Shown here piece by piece: positions 44,338 to 53,925 of a DNA stretch of 64,000 nt. A program made the translations under genes and the position numbers. The notes under the pieces were generated by a model, which was given only the letters and a program-made list of their open reading frames with translations, searched no databases and had not been told where the DNA came from. How positions within the stretch are numbered: position 1 is the first letter of the stretch; each line of letters opens with the position of its first letter. Source of the DNA: a virus (Duplodnaviria > Caudoviricetes); IMG/VR virus record IMGVR_UViG_3300005326_000046, positions 1 through 64,000 of that record, one strand, 5' to 3'.

Positions 44338-44766
44338 ATGTCAAATCTAGGAGTGGGATACTTGATCAACGCGATGCTTCGTGGCAATGTAGAATCTGTC
44401 AATGTTGCGAAATCATCCTACGGCAAGACCATCGCGGCACTTGAGAAGGGCAGCCATGATGGCGAGGAAGCGTTGATCTTCACCTTCACCGATGGGGTAA
44501 AGATGGCACTGTGGGACGATGCCCGCTCATGTTGTGAGAGTCGGTACCTGCACACGGACGATGATCTGTCCAGTGTTGTGGGCGCAGAACTCGTATTGTT
44601 GGACGTGCGAGATGGCGGAGTGAAAGACGACGAAGACGGTAGTCATGAGTGGGCGTTCTTGCACATCATCACGGACAAAGCAACCGTGGTGGTAGAGACC
44701 CACAACGAACACAACGGCTACTACGGCGGCATTGATCCGCGATGTGAACTCATCACGGAAGACTGA
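44338..44766 (+). CDS. Hypothetical phage protein (NGYYGG motif)
   Basis: SCCESRY...HNGYYGG. Confidence 0.75.
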   Translation: MSNLGVGYLINAMLRGNVESVNVAKSSYGKTIAALEKGSHDGEEALIFTFTDGVKMALWDDARSCCESRYLHTDDDLSSVVGAELVLLDVRDGGVKDDEDGSHEWAFLHIITDKATVVVETHNEHNGYYGGIDPRCELITED

Positions 44767-44780
44767 AACAAGGAGAGAAC

Positions 44781-45794
44781 ATGACTAACCAACCACAGAA
44801 CCAGAAGCAAGGCCGCGAGTTGGCGCCGCGGCAGGAACAGGACGCAGAGATCGTTGTTCAGCCAAGCAACAAGATCCCAGATGAGATCCTGCAAGTTGCT
44901 GCGACCCTTCACGCCATGGCGGTTGAGGGTGGAGGGGGTATCTCGAAGGCCGCCGCAATTCGCGCCGCACAGTACTTGCGCGATACGGGAGACACGCTTG
45001 GCCGCGACGTCTATCTGGGTACGAAGGGTAACGTTGCCGGCCAGATCATGGATGGCTATCAGGGCGTAGCAAAGCGCGTCAAGCGTGACTACTATGCCAA
45101 GTACCGCCGCCCAACAGCAGAGGAAATGGAAGACCATGAGATGGACCCCAATGGCAGCGCGCTTATCTGTGAGGTGTACGTTTACGACCTCATGGAGAGG
45201 GCGCGGCGAGTGGGGATGCCGTATGAACCAATAATCGGAATCTGCTACTACGGGCCAAGGGTGGAGTTTCGCGTTCCTCCGACGAAGACGCGCCGCTGGG
45301 TGCTTGAGAAAAACGCCCTCAAAGATGCGCTGCGTCACGTGTCTGGCGTACCAACAACCCTCGGCGAAGCCATGGAGATCGCGGAAGAGCACGGCGTAGA
45401 CCCAGACCTGATCAAGGACCTTGACGGCATCACGCCACGGCAGGCCATGGACTACGTTGATGCCGTTGTGCGCGTCCAATCTGCCGAGCCAGAAGAACCC
45501 GAGTCCGAGCCGTCAGAGGAAGGCCTGATCATCACGAAGGCCGCGGTCAAGGGATGGGAAAAGATGTGCCTGATCCTGGCGAACTCTGATCCGTACTTCG
45601 CGCTCGATGCCCCGGACAAGCCCAACGTGGACTTGATTGTCAAGTTGGCGACCCAGGCGCTTGGATTTGACACCGTAACCGTGAGGAACCTGTCCGAGAT
45701 CCAGCAAGCGCTGGTCGAGTACCACAAGGCTGAACGGGAAGAGCTTGACGATGATCAGGGTGACCTGTTCTCAGAAGACCCAGAATGGAAATAG
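44781..45794 (+). CDS. RecT/Red-beta-like ssDNA annealing protein
   Basis: IMDGYQGVAKR and WVLEKNALKDALR resemble RecT motifs; acidic C-terminus; near sbcC/sbcD. Confidence 0.55.
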   Translation: MTNQPQNQKQGRELAPRQEQDAEIVVQPSNKIPDEILQVAATLHAMAVEGGGGISKAAAIRAAQYLRDTGDTLGRDVYLGTKGNVAGQIMDGYQGVAKRVKRDYYAKYRRPTAEEMEDHEMDPNGSALICEVYVYDLMERARRVGMPYEPIIGICYYGPRVEFRVPPTKTRRWVLEKNALKDALRHVSGVPTTLGEAMEIAEEHGVDPDLIKDLDGITPRQAMDYVDAVVRVQSAEPEEPESEPSEEGLIITKAAVKGWEKMCLILANSDPYFALDAPDKPNVDLIVKLATQALGFDTVTVRNLSEIQQALVEYHKAEREELDDDQGDLFSEDPEWK

Positions 45795-45804
45795 GGAGGG
45801 CGAC

Positions 45805-46143
45805 ATGGGCAAGAGAAAACAAGCAGGACAAGAGGCAATCGCGCAACTGAACGAGTACGCGTGGGCGGAGAATCAGTCCAACATTACGATTCTGCATATG
45901 TATCCCGGCAAGCTGGCGTACCCAGAGGGGTTTTACGGCGATCGGTGGTTTCAGTTGGTTGGCTATGACGATGTAAGCAAGACACGGGTCGACCTTGGGC
46001 AACACGATCGAATCAACATTGAGGATGGAGTGGTGGTGCGACACGTCGAGATCTTCGCGGATGGGTCCACACTTGTGATGTTCGGCAAACCCGTTGAGGT
46101 AGATGACAATCAGGCCGCCAGCGTTTGTCCAGCGTACTGTTAG
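45805..46143 (+). CDS. Hypothetical protein
   Basis: GGGAGG RBS. Confidence 0.7.
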   Translation: MGKRKQAGQEAIAQLNEYAWAENQSNITILHMYPGKLAYPEGFYGDRWFQLVGYDDVSKTRVDLGQHDRINIEDGVVVRHVEIFADGSTLVMFGKPVEVDDNQAASVCPAYC

Positions 46144-46163
46144 TATCGCGCGTGTGGCGTGCC

Positions 46164-46281
46164 AACCTTAAAGAATCCGCACTTGCGCAAACTCGTGCGG
46201 ATTCCCTATTGACACGAGACGCATGATATGCTATAATCAAGGCGTAGTTAGGACAGCAACCAAGCAACAGGGGGGACACGA
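46164..46281 (+). promoter_or_regulatory. Class A promoter cassette, copy 2
   Basis: AACCTTAAA 46164; AATCCGCAC...GTGCGGATT inverted repeat; TTGACA 46209-17 bp-TATAAT 46232. Confidence 0.88.
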
Positions 46282-46658
46282 TGAAGGCATACATGGTCAC
46301 GTGGACAAAGTCACCGAAGAGCCGCCGATTCTATACGTGGATCAGGTATGCCGAAACCCTTGAAGCGGCAGCGGAAAGTGCAACAAGGGCAATTGACGAA
46401 GAGACATTCGGCGAAGGCATATTGATCAACGTAATAGCCGCCCCCGTTATTGGAGACGCGGTCACCGTCAAGGGCAAGACCTACGTAATCGAGACCATTC
46501 ACACGGCTGACTCAACGCAAGCGGAACATCCTCACTATGCACAGAGTATGCGGGACCGTGGTCTTATCGCAAGCGGGAGTTGCCGCCTGGCAAGTGGCCG
46601 CAAGGTCCACGGCATTGACTGGTGGAAGAGCGGATCAGTGACGCTGTTTGATGTCTAG
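46281..46658 (+). CDS. Hypothetical early protein
   Basis: First gene after promoter. Confidence 0.7.
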   Translation: MKAYMVTWTKSPKSRRFYTWIRYAETLEAAAESATRAIDEETFGEGILINVIAAPVIGDAVTVKGKTYVIETIHTADSTQAEHPHYAQSMRDRGLIASGSCRLASGRKVHGIDWWKSGSVTLFDV

Positions 46659-46705
46659 TGTTCGACTCCCCCGGTCGGGCGATAGCCGGCAGAAGGAACT
46701 TTGCG

Positions 46706-47011
46706 ATGCATTACTATACTTGCACTCAGGGGTTCGAACTTCCTTTTGAGTCCGAGGCGGCAGCATTTGATGGTATATTCCGCGCGATCCTGGATGACGC
46801 CGCGCAATCATGGGAACTAGAGTGCTACACTGGGATAGAGCTTGTCCGGGACGATGGAGAGTCACAGTGGGTTTATGATACGGGAACCGGATACTCTGCT
46901 GTGTCATCAACTGTTCAGGATACGATTCGCGAGGCCCTTGTCTACTTGGACCGGGGCGGCACATGGCGATTTGTGGGGCCACTGGACCTTGAATGCGGTC
47001 GCTGCTACTAA
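46706..47011 (+). CDS. Hypothetical protein
   Basis: AAGGA RBS after CCGG hairpin. Confidence 0.65.
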   Translation: MHYYTCTQGFELPFESEAAAFDGIFRAILDDAAQSWELECYTGIELVRDDGESQWVYDTGTGYSAVSSTVQDTIREALVYLDRGGTWRFVGPLDLECGRCY

Positions 47012-47060
47012 TCACACACGCCCCACCGGTCGGGCAAAAGGCCTATAGAAGGAGAATCTT

Positions 47061-47303
47061 ATGCGTGGCAAGGCGGAGGCGGTAGCACGAAGTCTCTTGC
47101 GCGAACTGGGGAAGGACCCCAAAGATATCTCGCCAGACGAGGCACTTGTGGTGCTAGATGATTTTGAGCGAACCAATCCGAACCATGACGCGTCTGTGTG
47201 GTATCGCACCGCGACTGACAATCAGATCAGGTTGTTCAAACGAGAATGGCAGGGACGGCAGAGGTATTATGCAGAAAGAGATAGACTGGCTAGCGCGCGC
47301 TGA
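47061..47303 (+). CDS. Hypothetical protein
   Basis: AAGGAG RBS. Confidence 0.65.
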   Translation: MRGKAEAVARSLLRELGKDPKDISPDEALVVLDDFERTNPNHDASVWYRTATDNQIRLFKREWQGRQRYYAERDRLASAR

Positions 47304-47487
47304 GTACTACGGTAAGGAAGCTGCCGCCAATGGCAGGCGGCACATGTCCGCGGATGATCGAGAGGATATTGCTCTAGCCTATGGTGTGTCAAGGTGGCTT
47401 GATATACCATTTTACGAACGTGACGCGGCGATGGAGTGCTTTCGTCGCGGTTGGGACATAGAAAAACGGAACCAACGCGGCTTTTGA
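47269..47487 (+). CDS. Hypothetical protein
   Basis: GAGG RBS. Confidence 0.55.
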   Translation: MQKEIDWLARAEYYGKEAAANGRRHMSADDREDIALAYGVSRWLDIPFYERDAAMECFRRGWDIEKRNQRGF

Positions 47488-47510
47488 AGCGCAACAAAAG
47501 GAGAGAGACC

Positions 47511-47825
47511 TTGAAGCACAACGATAAGAGATGCACGACCTGGGACAAGAACGAACCTTCGACTTTCAGCGATATCACCTTTGCTCCAAACTATGACCAG
47601 CCGCCGCACATATGGATCGAATTCGCTAACGGATATACGGCATCCATCATTTTCTGGAGTGACGCGTTTGAGATGGCGTGCATGAACAAGCTCGGAGTCG
47701 TGTACAATACCGCATTTGGCGATGACGTACGCTATTCCCTCGACGAAGCCAGTGTAACTGAGGGACTGCGGATCATCCACGGGTTGTCGCCCATTCCGTT
47801 TCGCTTCAAGGAGAGAAAGGCATGA
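47511..47825 (+). CDS. Hypothetical protein
   Basis: AAGGAGAG RBS before TTG. Confidence 0.6.
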   Translation: MKHNDKRCTTWDKNEPSTFSDITFAPNYDQPPHIWIEFANGYTASIIFWSDAFEMACMNKLGVVYNTAFGDDVRYSLDEASVTEGLRIIHGLSPIPFRFKERKA

Positions 47826-50371
47826 TCCCCAACAAACTAACCCTACACAACTTCATGTGCTATCGCGGCACACAAGAAGTGGACCTCACGGGCATGCCGC
47901 TTGTCTGCCTCACTGGCGACAACGGGCACGGCAAGTCCAGCGTCCTGGACGCCATCACGTGGGCGCTCTTCGGCCAGGCACGCGCCAACCGTGACGATGA
48001 ACTCATCACCCTTGGCGAGTCCGACATGTCCGTCACGCTGGACTTTGAGTTGACGGGCCATCCGTACCGCATCGAACGCGGCCGCAATGCCGTGCGCCAG
48101 AAGTCATCACTGGCATTCTGGCTGATGGGAACTGGCGAGACAGGCACGGACATGGGCGGATCTGGCATCCGTGAGACACAGGCGGCCATCGTCAACACGC
48201 TCCACCTGGACTACGATTCCTTCGTCAACTCCTGCATGTTGGTGCAGGGGCGATCGGATTCGTTCATGGTCAAGCGACCAGCCGAGCGCAAGCAGGTGCT
48301 TGCCGACATCCTTGGGCTCGGCGACTGGGAGCAATACGAGGCCACGTGCGCGGGGCTGCTGTCTGCGGCCAAGAACCGCGCGACAGAGATCGAAGCACAG
48401 GCGAAGCTCATCGAAGGCAAGATTGAAGCCGAGAGCGACGCGACCGCTGCGCTAGAATCGTGCGAAAGTGCCCTGAACGTTGGGCTTTTGGGGGTGAAAA
48501 CGGCGCAAACCCGCAAAGACGATGCGGAAGCCTCGTTGACCAAATATCGCGGCTTTCGGTCCACACAGGCAGCGAAGTTGGACGTCTTGAACCGCGAGAG
48601 GCGGGAGATAGTCGCGTTGGTAGACGCATTGTCCGCGGATGGTATCGCGCGTGGGCAACTTGCCACCATCAAGGAGCGCAGCGCGGAGATCATCGCGGCC
48701 TACAACCAGCTGGTTGCATTGCGCCAGGCGGAAAGCAACCTGGTTGACCGGTCGCAGCGCCACATGGCGGCAAGCAAGCGCGTCAATGTCGCTGAGGGCG
48801 CGCTGATTGACTGGCAGCATGGATTGGAGATGCGCCAGCAACAGGCGACCAAGGACATCCTACGACTGTCGGCGGCGCTCAATGAGATTGGGCACAAGAT
48901 CAATGCCCGCGACCTACTGATCAGCAACCTTGAACTACTGAGTAACCTAGATGCCGCGCTTGTAGACAACGAAAACGAACGCAAGTCTCTTGAGGCAGAA
49001 ACCACGGAAGTGCGTGACGTGCGTTCTGCGCTGAAGTTTGCCCGCGATAGCGCGTCGCAACGATTGTCAAGCGCGGCAAGCCTACAGGTCGGCGGATCAT
49101 GCCCTACTTGCGGTCAAGGGCTAAGTGAAGAGCACATCACATCCTTGCAATCGGAGACTGAAGCTGAGTGGTTTGAGACCAACGCCCAACTAAAGGCGGC
49201 TGATGGTGCACTTGAGTTTCTAGCGCGACGCACAGAGGCATACCGAAAAGAGGCCGCTGAACTTCAGCGCAAGGTGACCCAGAGGATTGAATTACAAACT
49301 GCTATCGCGTCTATCACAGAGGCCATTGACGGGGCAGGCGGGTTGCGCGACGAATTGAAGACTGCCCACAGTGAAGGCGATACCGTTTCAAAAGAACTCG
49401 GAAGCAGAACATCCCTGCACGAGGAACGCGACGAGGCCAAGGTGGCACTAGATGAGATCGGCTACTGTTCTGCGGACCATGCCGCCTTGCGCGTGGAGCT
49501 TGCCAACAAGGCGAACGCGGAGCGCGACTACCAGGCATTGCTTGGGACCGAAACCGAACTACTGACGATCGAGCGCCGCATCCAGGAGCGCGAACATGCC
49601 TTGACGGAGAAGAGGCAACAGGCCGCAGCACTTGAGGCAGAAGTCGTCGCGCTGGAAGCGCAATGCGCCAACGAAGAGAATGAGCGATCGGTTCTGCGGG
49701 CGGCAGAGGCAGAGTTGCAACGGGCGCAGGACGATCTTGTCGCAGCCCAACGCCAGGAAACCATCGCTCGCCAACGTGTGCAAAATTTGCAACAGTTGGA
49801 GGCCGAACTCAAGGACCTGGAATACGGACGCGCCCAATCCGAACGTGAGACGGCCCGGTTGGCAATGCTGCGCGAGGCGTTCGGCAAGCGCGGCGTGCCG
49901 GCTCTCATCATTGACAGCGTCCTGCCGGAGATCCAATCCGAGGCGAACGTGCAGCTTGACAGGATGACCGATGGCCGTATGACCGTGCGACTTGAGACCC
50001 TGCGCGATAAGGTTACTGGAGGCGGGGCAATCGAGACGCTGGACGTCATCATTGGCGACGAATTGGGCGAACGGCCCTACGAACTGTACAGCGGTGGAGA
50101 AGCGTTCCGGGTCAATCTAGCGCTGCGCATTGCCATCAGCAAGCTATTGACGCGGCGCGCAGGGGCGCGGTTGCAAACACTGATCATTGATGAGGGGTTC
50201 GGTAGTCAGGATGTACGCGGGCGCGAGTTGCTCCTAGAGACGATCAACGCTGTGCGCCAGGACTTCGAGCGGGTCATCGTCGTGACGCACATCGAAGAGT
50301 TGAAGGACGCATTCCCGGCGCGGTTGGTTGTGCGCAAGGGCGTGGACGGGTCGCGCGTATACGTGGAGTAA
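47822..50371 (+). CDS. sbcC: SbcC/Rad50-type SMC ATPase
   Basis: GDNGHGKSS; coiled coils; CPTCG zinc hook; YSGGE; LIIDEGFGSQD; VVTH. Confidence 0.95.
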   Translation: MIPNKLTLHNFMCYRGTQEVDLTGMPLVCLTGDNGHGKSSVLDAITWALFGQARANRDDELITLGESDMSVTLDFELTGHPYRIERGRNAVRQKSSLAFWLMGTGETGTDMGGSGIRETQAAIVNTLHLDYDSFVNSCMLVQGRSDSFMVKRPAERKQVLADILGLGDWEQYEATCAGLLSAAKNRATEIEAQAKLIEGKIEAESDATAALESCESALNVGLLGVKTAQTRKDDAEASLTKYRGFRSTQAAKLDVLNRERREIVALVDALSADGIARGQLATIKERSAEIIAAYNQLVALRQAESNLVDRSQRHMAASKRVNVAEGALIDWQHGLEMRQQQATKDILRLSAALNEIGHKINARDLLISNLELLSNLDAALVDNENERKSLEAETTEVRDVRSALKFARDSASQRLSSAASLQVGGSCPTCGQGLSEEHITSLQSETEAEWFETNAQLKAADGALEFLARRTEAYRKEAAELQRKVTQRIELQTAIASITEAIDGAGGLRDELKTAHSEGDTVSKELGSRTSLHEERDEAKVALDEIGYCSADHAALRVELANKANAERDYQALLGTETELLTIERRIQEREHALTEKRQQAAALEAEVVALEAQCANEENERSVLRAAEAELQRAQDDLVAAQRQETIARQRVQNLQQLEAELKDLEYGRAQSERETARLAMLREAFGKRGVPALIIDSVLPEIQSEANVQLDRMTDGRMTVRLETLRDKVTGGGAIETLDVIIGDELGERPYELYSGGEAFRVNLALRIAISKLLTRRAGARLQTLIIDEGFGSQDVRGRELLLETINAVRQDFERVIVVTHIEELKDAFPARLVVRKGVDGSRVYVE

Positions 50372-50484
50372 CCTTAAAGAATCCGCACTTGTGGAAACTC
50401 GTGCGGATTCCCTATTGACATTGGGTGCGAGATATGCTATAATCAGGGCGTAGTTAGGACAGCAAGCTACACAGGAGGATACGA
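50370..50484 (+). promoter_or_regulatory. Class A promoter cassette, copy 3
   Basis: AACCTTAAA 50370 overlapping sbcC stop; inverted repeat; TTGACA 50415-17 bp-TATAAT 50438. Confidence 0.88.
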
Positions 50485-50783
50485 TGGTAAGCTTTGAAAA
50501 ATGGGCCAGCGAATATACCTGGAAGGTCCGCAAGAATCCGAACAGGGTAGTAAGTTTCCAGGTTCCAAACGCCGACATCGAGGACTATGGTTGGACCATC
50601 ATCGAAAAACGCGACGGTACCTTTTTCGTCACAGCATACCGGATGAGCGGCGGGGAAGTTAGTCTGCCATTCCACACCTTCGACAACGCAGAGGACGCAA
50701 AACTCTGGGCGATGCGCTGGGATTTCGACCGCCAACGACGTTTGGTGGATGAATTTAGAGCAGATGAGAGCATCGAACTTTGA
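50484..50783 (+). CDS. Hypothetical early protein
   Basis: AGGAGG RBS. Confidence 0.7.
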   Translation: MVSFEKWASEYTWKVRKNPNRVVSFQVPNADIEDYGWTIIEKRDGTFFVTAYRMSGGEVSLPFHTFDNAEDAKLWAMRWDFDRQRRLVDEFRADESIEL

Positions 50784-50825
50784 ATCACGCCCAGCCGGGC
50801 GACAGCCGGCAAAAGGAGCCCATAC

Positions 50826-51062
50826 ATGACGCGGGATGAACTGTCAAAACTAGAAGCAGAGTCAACTCAAAAGGCGCTATATCAGCGCCTTTGTGGAGGC
50901 AGCGTGATAACATATACTGGAAATTATGCCGCATTCTACATTGAAATTTATAGGGACAAGACCTATGCGGTGTTTGATAAGGAGTGGAAAAAGCTGAGCG
51001 TGAGAGTCTTGCCGGGATGGATAGGGCCACTTGACCTTCGCGAAGATGAGGTGCGCGCTTGA
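50826..51062 (+). CDS. Hypothetical protein
   Basis: AAGGAG RBS after CCGG hairpin. Confidence 0.65.
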   Translation: MTRDELSKLEAESTQKALYQRLCGGSVITYTGNYAAFYIEIYRDKTYAVFDKEWKKLSVRVLPGWIGPLDLREDEVRA

Positions 51063-52270
51063 ACGAACTACGACTGATCCACACGGCAGACTTACATCTC
51101 GGCACTGAGGCTGGCCCTGTTGACACGGACGGCCTCGGGCCGAGAACGTCGGATGCAATCCGCCGCCTCAGCGATTGCATCGAATACGCAATCCAAAATC
51201 ACGTTGACCTGTTCGTCTTTGCTGGCGATGCGTACAAGTCGCGCAACCCGACCCAAACGCTACAGCGCGCCTTCGTGCGCCAGATCAAGCGCCTGGTGGG
51301 CTACGGCATCACCGTCGTGCTTGTGCCAGGCAACCACGATCGGTCGCGCAACGTCAACCGTGCCAACGTGTTTGACGTATTTGAGGCACTGGACATTCGC
51401 GGCGTGATCGTTGGTCAAGACGGCTTGGCGCAGACGATCACGACATTGTCCGGCAAACGCGTCTGGCTGGCAACCGTGCCGTATCCCGCGACCAACGGCA
51501 TGGACTCGGCAGAGGTTGAGACACTGTTGCTCAAGGACATTGACAATGCAGCTTGGACTGCGTCTCAAGCCGCCCCCGTAATGGTTCCGCGCGTGCTTGT
51601 CGGACACTTCGCCCTAGCAGAGGCGACGCCTGGCGCAGAGCGCGGCATCATGGTCGGGCGCGACGCAACCGTGCCGGTGTCGCGGCTGAACGCGGACGTG
51701 TTCGACTATGTCGCTTTGGGTCACATCCACAAGCACCAGGAATGGGGCGAAAATGTCGCCTACTGTGGCAGTATCGAGCGCGTGGATTTTGGCGAAGAAG
51801 GCGACGCGAAAGGCTGGCTTGACGTAACGATTGACGCCAACGCGAAGACGACCGTCAACTTCATCGAACAGCACAACGTGCAGGCTCGGTCATTTGTCAC
51901 CCTGCGAGCCGACGTGCGGCAAGAAGCGAATCCTGCGGCCGCGATTCGCGGCATGGTTGACGAAGCAATCGCGGGAGGGAAGATCGCGGATGCGGTTGTG
52001 CGGCTTGAGGTTATGCTGCTACCAGAACAGCAGGGCGCGCTGAACGAGGCAGAGGTCAACGCCAGGCTGGACTCTGTTGCGCAGTCACACGTCATGCACA
52101 AGACGATCGACCGCGTGGATCGCAAGCGGCTTGGCGGCGCGTCTGCGGAGTCCATGACGCGCGAGGAATTGCTACGAAATTTCTTCGTGGCGAAGGGGAT
52201 AGGCGATGCCGATACAGAAGCATTGGTCGATCAAGGTGTCGCTATTATGCAGGAGCAGTCGCATGGGTAG
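51059..52270 (+). CDS. sbcD: SbcD/Mre11-type nuclease
   Basis: HTADLHLG; FAGDAY; PGNHD; LVGHF; ALGHIH; YCGSIERVDFGE. Confidence 0.95.
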   Translation: MNELRLIHTADLHLGTEAGPVDTDGLGPRTSDAIRRLSDCIEYAIQNHVDLFVFAGDAYKSRNPTQTLQRAFVRQIKRLVGYGITVVLVPGNHDRSRNVNRANVFDVFEALDIRGVIVGQDGLAQTITTLSGKRVWLATVPYPATNGMDSAEVETLLLKDIDNAAWTASQAAPVMVPRVLVGHFALAEATPGAERGIMVGRDATVPVSRLNADVFDYVALGHIHKHQEWGENVAYCGSIERVDFGEEGDAKGWLDVTIDANAKTTVNFIEQHNVQARSFVTLRADVRQEANPAAAIRGMVDEAIAGGKIADAVVRLEVMLLPEQQGALNEAEVNARLDSVAQSHVMHKTIDRVDRKRLGGASAESMTREELLRNFFVAKGIGDADTEALVDQGVAIMQEQSHG

Positions 52271-52610
52271 AATGTGGACGCCATCTGAGACGCTGACGCG
52301 GGTCACGCTGAAACAGATCAATGCCAACACGGAGAATAAATTCTGTACCGTCTGTGGAAGAGAGATGCGTCTTCGAGCGACAAAAGAGGGATACGATCGG
52401 TTCACGGGCGAACGTCTGATAGAGATCAGGACAGAGTGTCCAGCCATAGGCGAAAAGCGCGGACTGTTTCGGCGCCTTGTTGAACACTTCGCGCTGGGTG
52501 AAGCGTCGCATGATTCATGGTGGCTGGGTGGACTGCGACAGTCTGAGTTCGACGCCTTGGACGAAGAGACGAAGAGGAAATTCGTCGTTGACGAGAAGAG
52601 GCCACAATGA
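52263..52610 (+). CDS. Hypothetical protein
   Basis: AGGAG RBS; FCTVCG. Confidence 0.6.
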   Translation: MGRMWTPSETLTRVTLKQINANTENKFCTVCGREMRLRATKEGYDRFTGERLIEIRTECPAIGEKRGLFRRLVEHFALGEASHDSWWLGGLRQSEFDALDEETKRKFVVDEKRPQ

Positions 52611-52951
52611 TAGCGATGCAGATTAGATGGTGGGACGAAAAAGATCTATGGATCCTGGCTTGTGACGCAAGGTGCGAGAAGGCCTGGGGAATGAACAGCC
52701 AGCCCAAGGTAAGCATGTCGGAAGACGAAGACGATTATGCATACCTTGCCGACGATGAACTTGGCATAGCACCAGATGACCCAGGCACGTATGAAGGGTT
52801 CCAGGCAAAGCCGATGTGCGCAACGAATCGTCTGAATAAGTGGTGTGCTCGGGAGTGTGAACGGTCCGTCATGGCGAAGCCAAACACTGAATTCGATCTT
52901 CCGAATCTTGCAGTGCGGCTTGGTAACATGCGGGAGTACGTTGATGACTGA
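52607..52951 (+). CDS. Hypothetical Cys-rich protein
   Basis: CDARCEKAWG...NKWCARECERS. Confidence 0.7.
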   Translation: MIAMQIRWWDEKDLWILACDARCEKAWGMNSQPKVSMSEDEDDYAYLADDELGIAPDDPGTYEGFQAKPMCATNRLNKWCARECERSVMAKPNTEFDLPNLAVRLGNMREYVDD

Positions 52952-53174
52952 ACGAATATACAGGCTCGGAGCGATTGTCACTGTCGCCGAAGATGCGGCC
53001 AAATCGTGCGTAGCGCTTGTTGAACTGGAGAGGTTCCAAGCCATGCAGTACTCTCCAGAACTATGGGCCATGGTACACGCGACGACGTGTCTCTTCCGGG
53101 ACGCGCTGAACGGGTTCGAGAAGATTGAGGCTGAATTCGCAGCGGAAGGAGCGCGGCAAGTTGAACGAGACTGA
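52944..53174 (+). CDS. Hypothetical protein
   Basis: Coupled ORF. Confidence 0.55.
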   Translation: MTERIYRLGAIVTVAEDAAKSCVALVELERFQAMQYSPELWAMVHATTCLFRDALNGFEKIEAEFAAEGARQVERD

Positions 53175-53358
53175 ACATCCTGACGCGGTTAAGGACGCGT
53201 ACTACCTGGCCTTCACGGCAGACACGGATCCCGCGGCGGCCATGGAGCGGTTCGCGCAGAAGTATGCTGAAGCGCCGCGCTGTTCCTTCGTCTCGCGCGG
53301 CAATCTTCTGGTGGGTCCGATCCCGGAGCATGCCACCAGGAACGGCGGGCGGAATTAG
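53161..53358 (+). CDS. Hypothetical protein
   Basis: AAGGAG RBS before TTG. Confidence 0.55.
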   Translation: MNETEHPDAVKDAYYLAFTADTDPAAAMERFAQKYAEAPRCSFVSRGNLLVGPIPEHATRNGGRN

Positions 53359-53423
53359 CGATTGGGCAGCAAAACGATAATTTGTCAACGCGGAATTGTA
53401 AACAACGATAATTTGGAGGCGGC

Positions 53424-53609
53424 ATGAGTGACCTGGAAGAGATCAAGGGAATCATTGGACTATTGCCGGAGGGCGAGCGGATGACGGTAGACCTACTCGC
53501 GACGGCCATCCGGGCAATCGTCATGAGCAATAAGAACGGCGTATTGGCAATGTCGCTGGTTGGCATCGAACTGAGTAGCTCGATCGACGACGGCGGCAGC
53601 GATCAATAG
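53424..53609 (+). CDS. Hypothetical protein
   Basis: GGAGG RBS. Confidence 0.65.
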   Translation: MSDLEEIKGIIGLLPEGERMTVDLLATAIRAIVMSNKNGVLAMSLVGIELSSSIDDGGSDQ

Positions 53610-53685
53610 GGACGCGCTGGCGTTGTGTGCAAAATGGGATGTTCACAACAACGAATTGCACACAGGACAGATCAACGGAGGCGGA

Positions 53686-53925
53686 ATGATGGAGCAACAT
53701 GAGCGCGTATTCGGCAACTTCAGGCGGACGCAGGGCGGGATCGTCTACGATGACGATCCCAATGTGATGCTCTGCGGCATGGATAGCACACACGAGTTAT
53801 TCGGCGCCGCTGTGACCGACGACATCAGCGAACTGTCGGTTGGTGAGAAGTTCTATGTTCGGGTGACCTATGAGACGATCAAGCTACCAGACGACGGAGG
53901 GGGCAATGCACACAAACTACCTTGA
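53686..53925 (+). CDS. Hypothetical protein
   Basis: GGAGG RBS. Confidence 0.6.
   Translation: MMEQHERVFGNFRRTQGGIVYDDDPNVMLCGMDSTHELFGAAVTDDISELSVGEKFYVRVTYETIKLPDDGGGNAHKLP

Noticed and set aside
46655-46700. GTTCGACTCCC resembling a tRNA T-arm
   Set aside because: Upstream sequence is coding with no D-arm, anticodon arm or acceptor stem; it belongs to the CCGG leader hairpin
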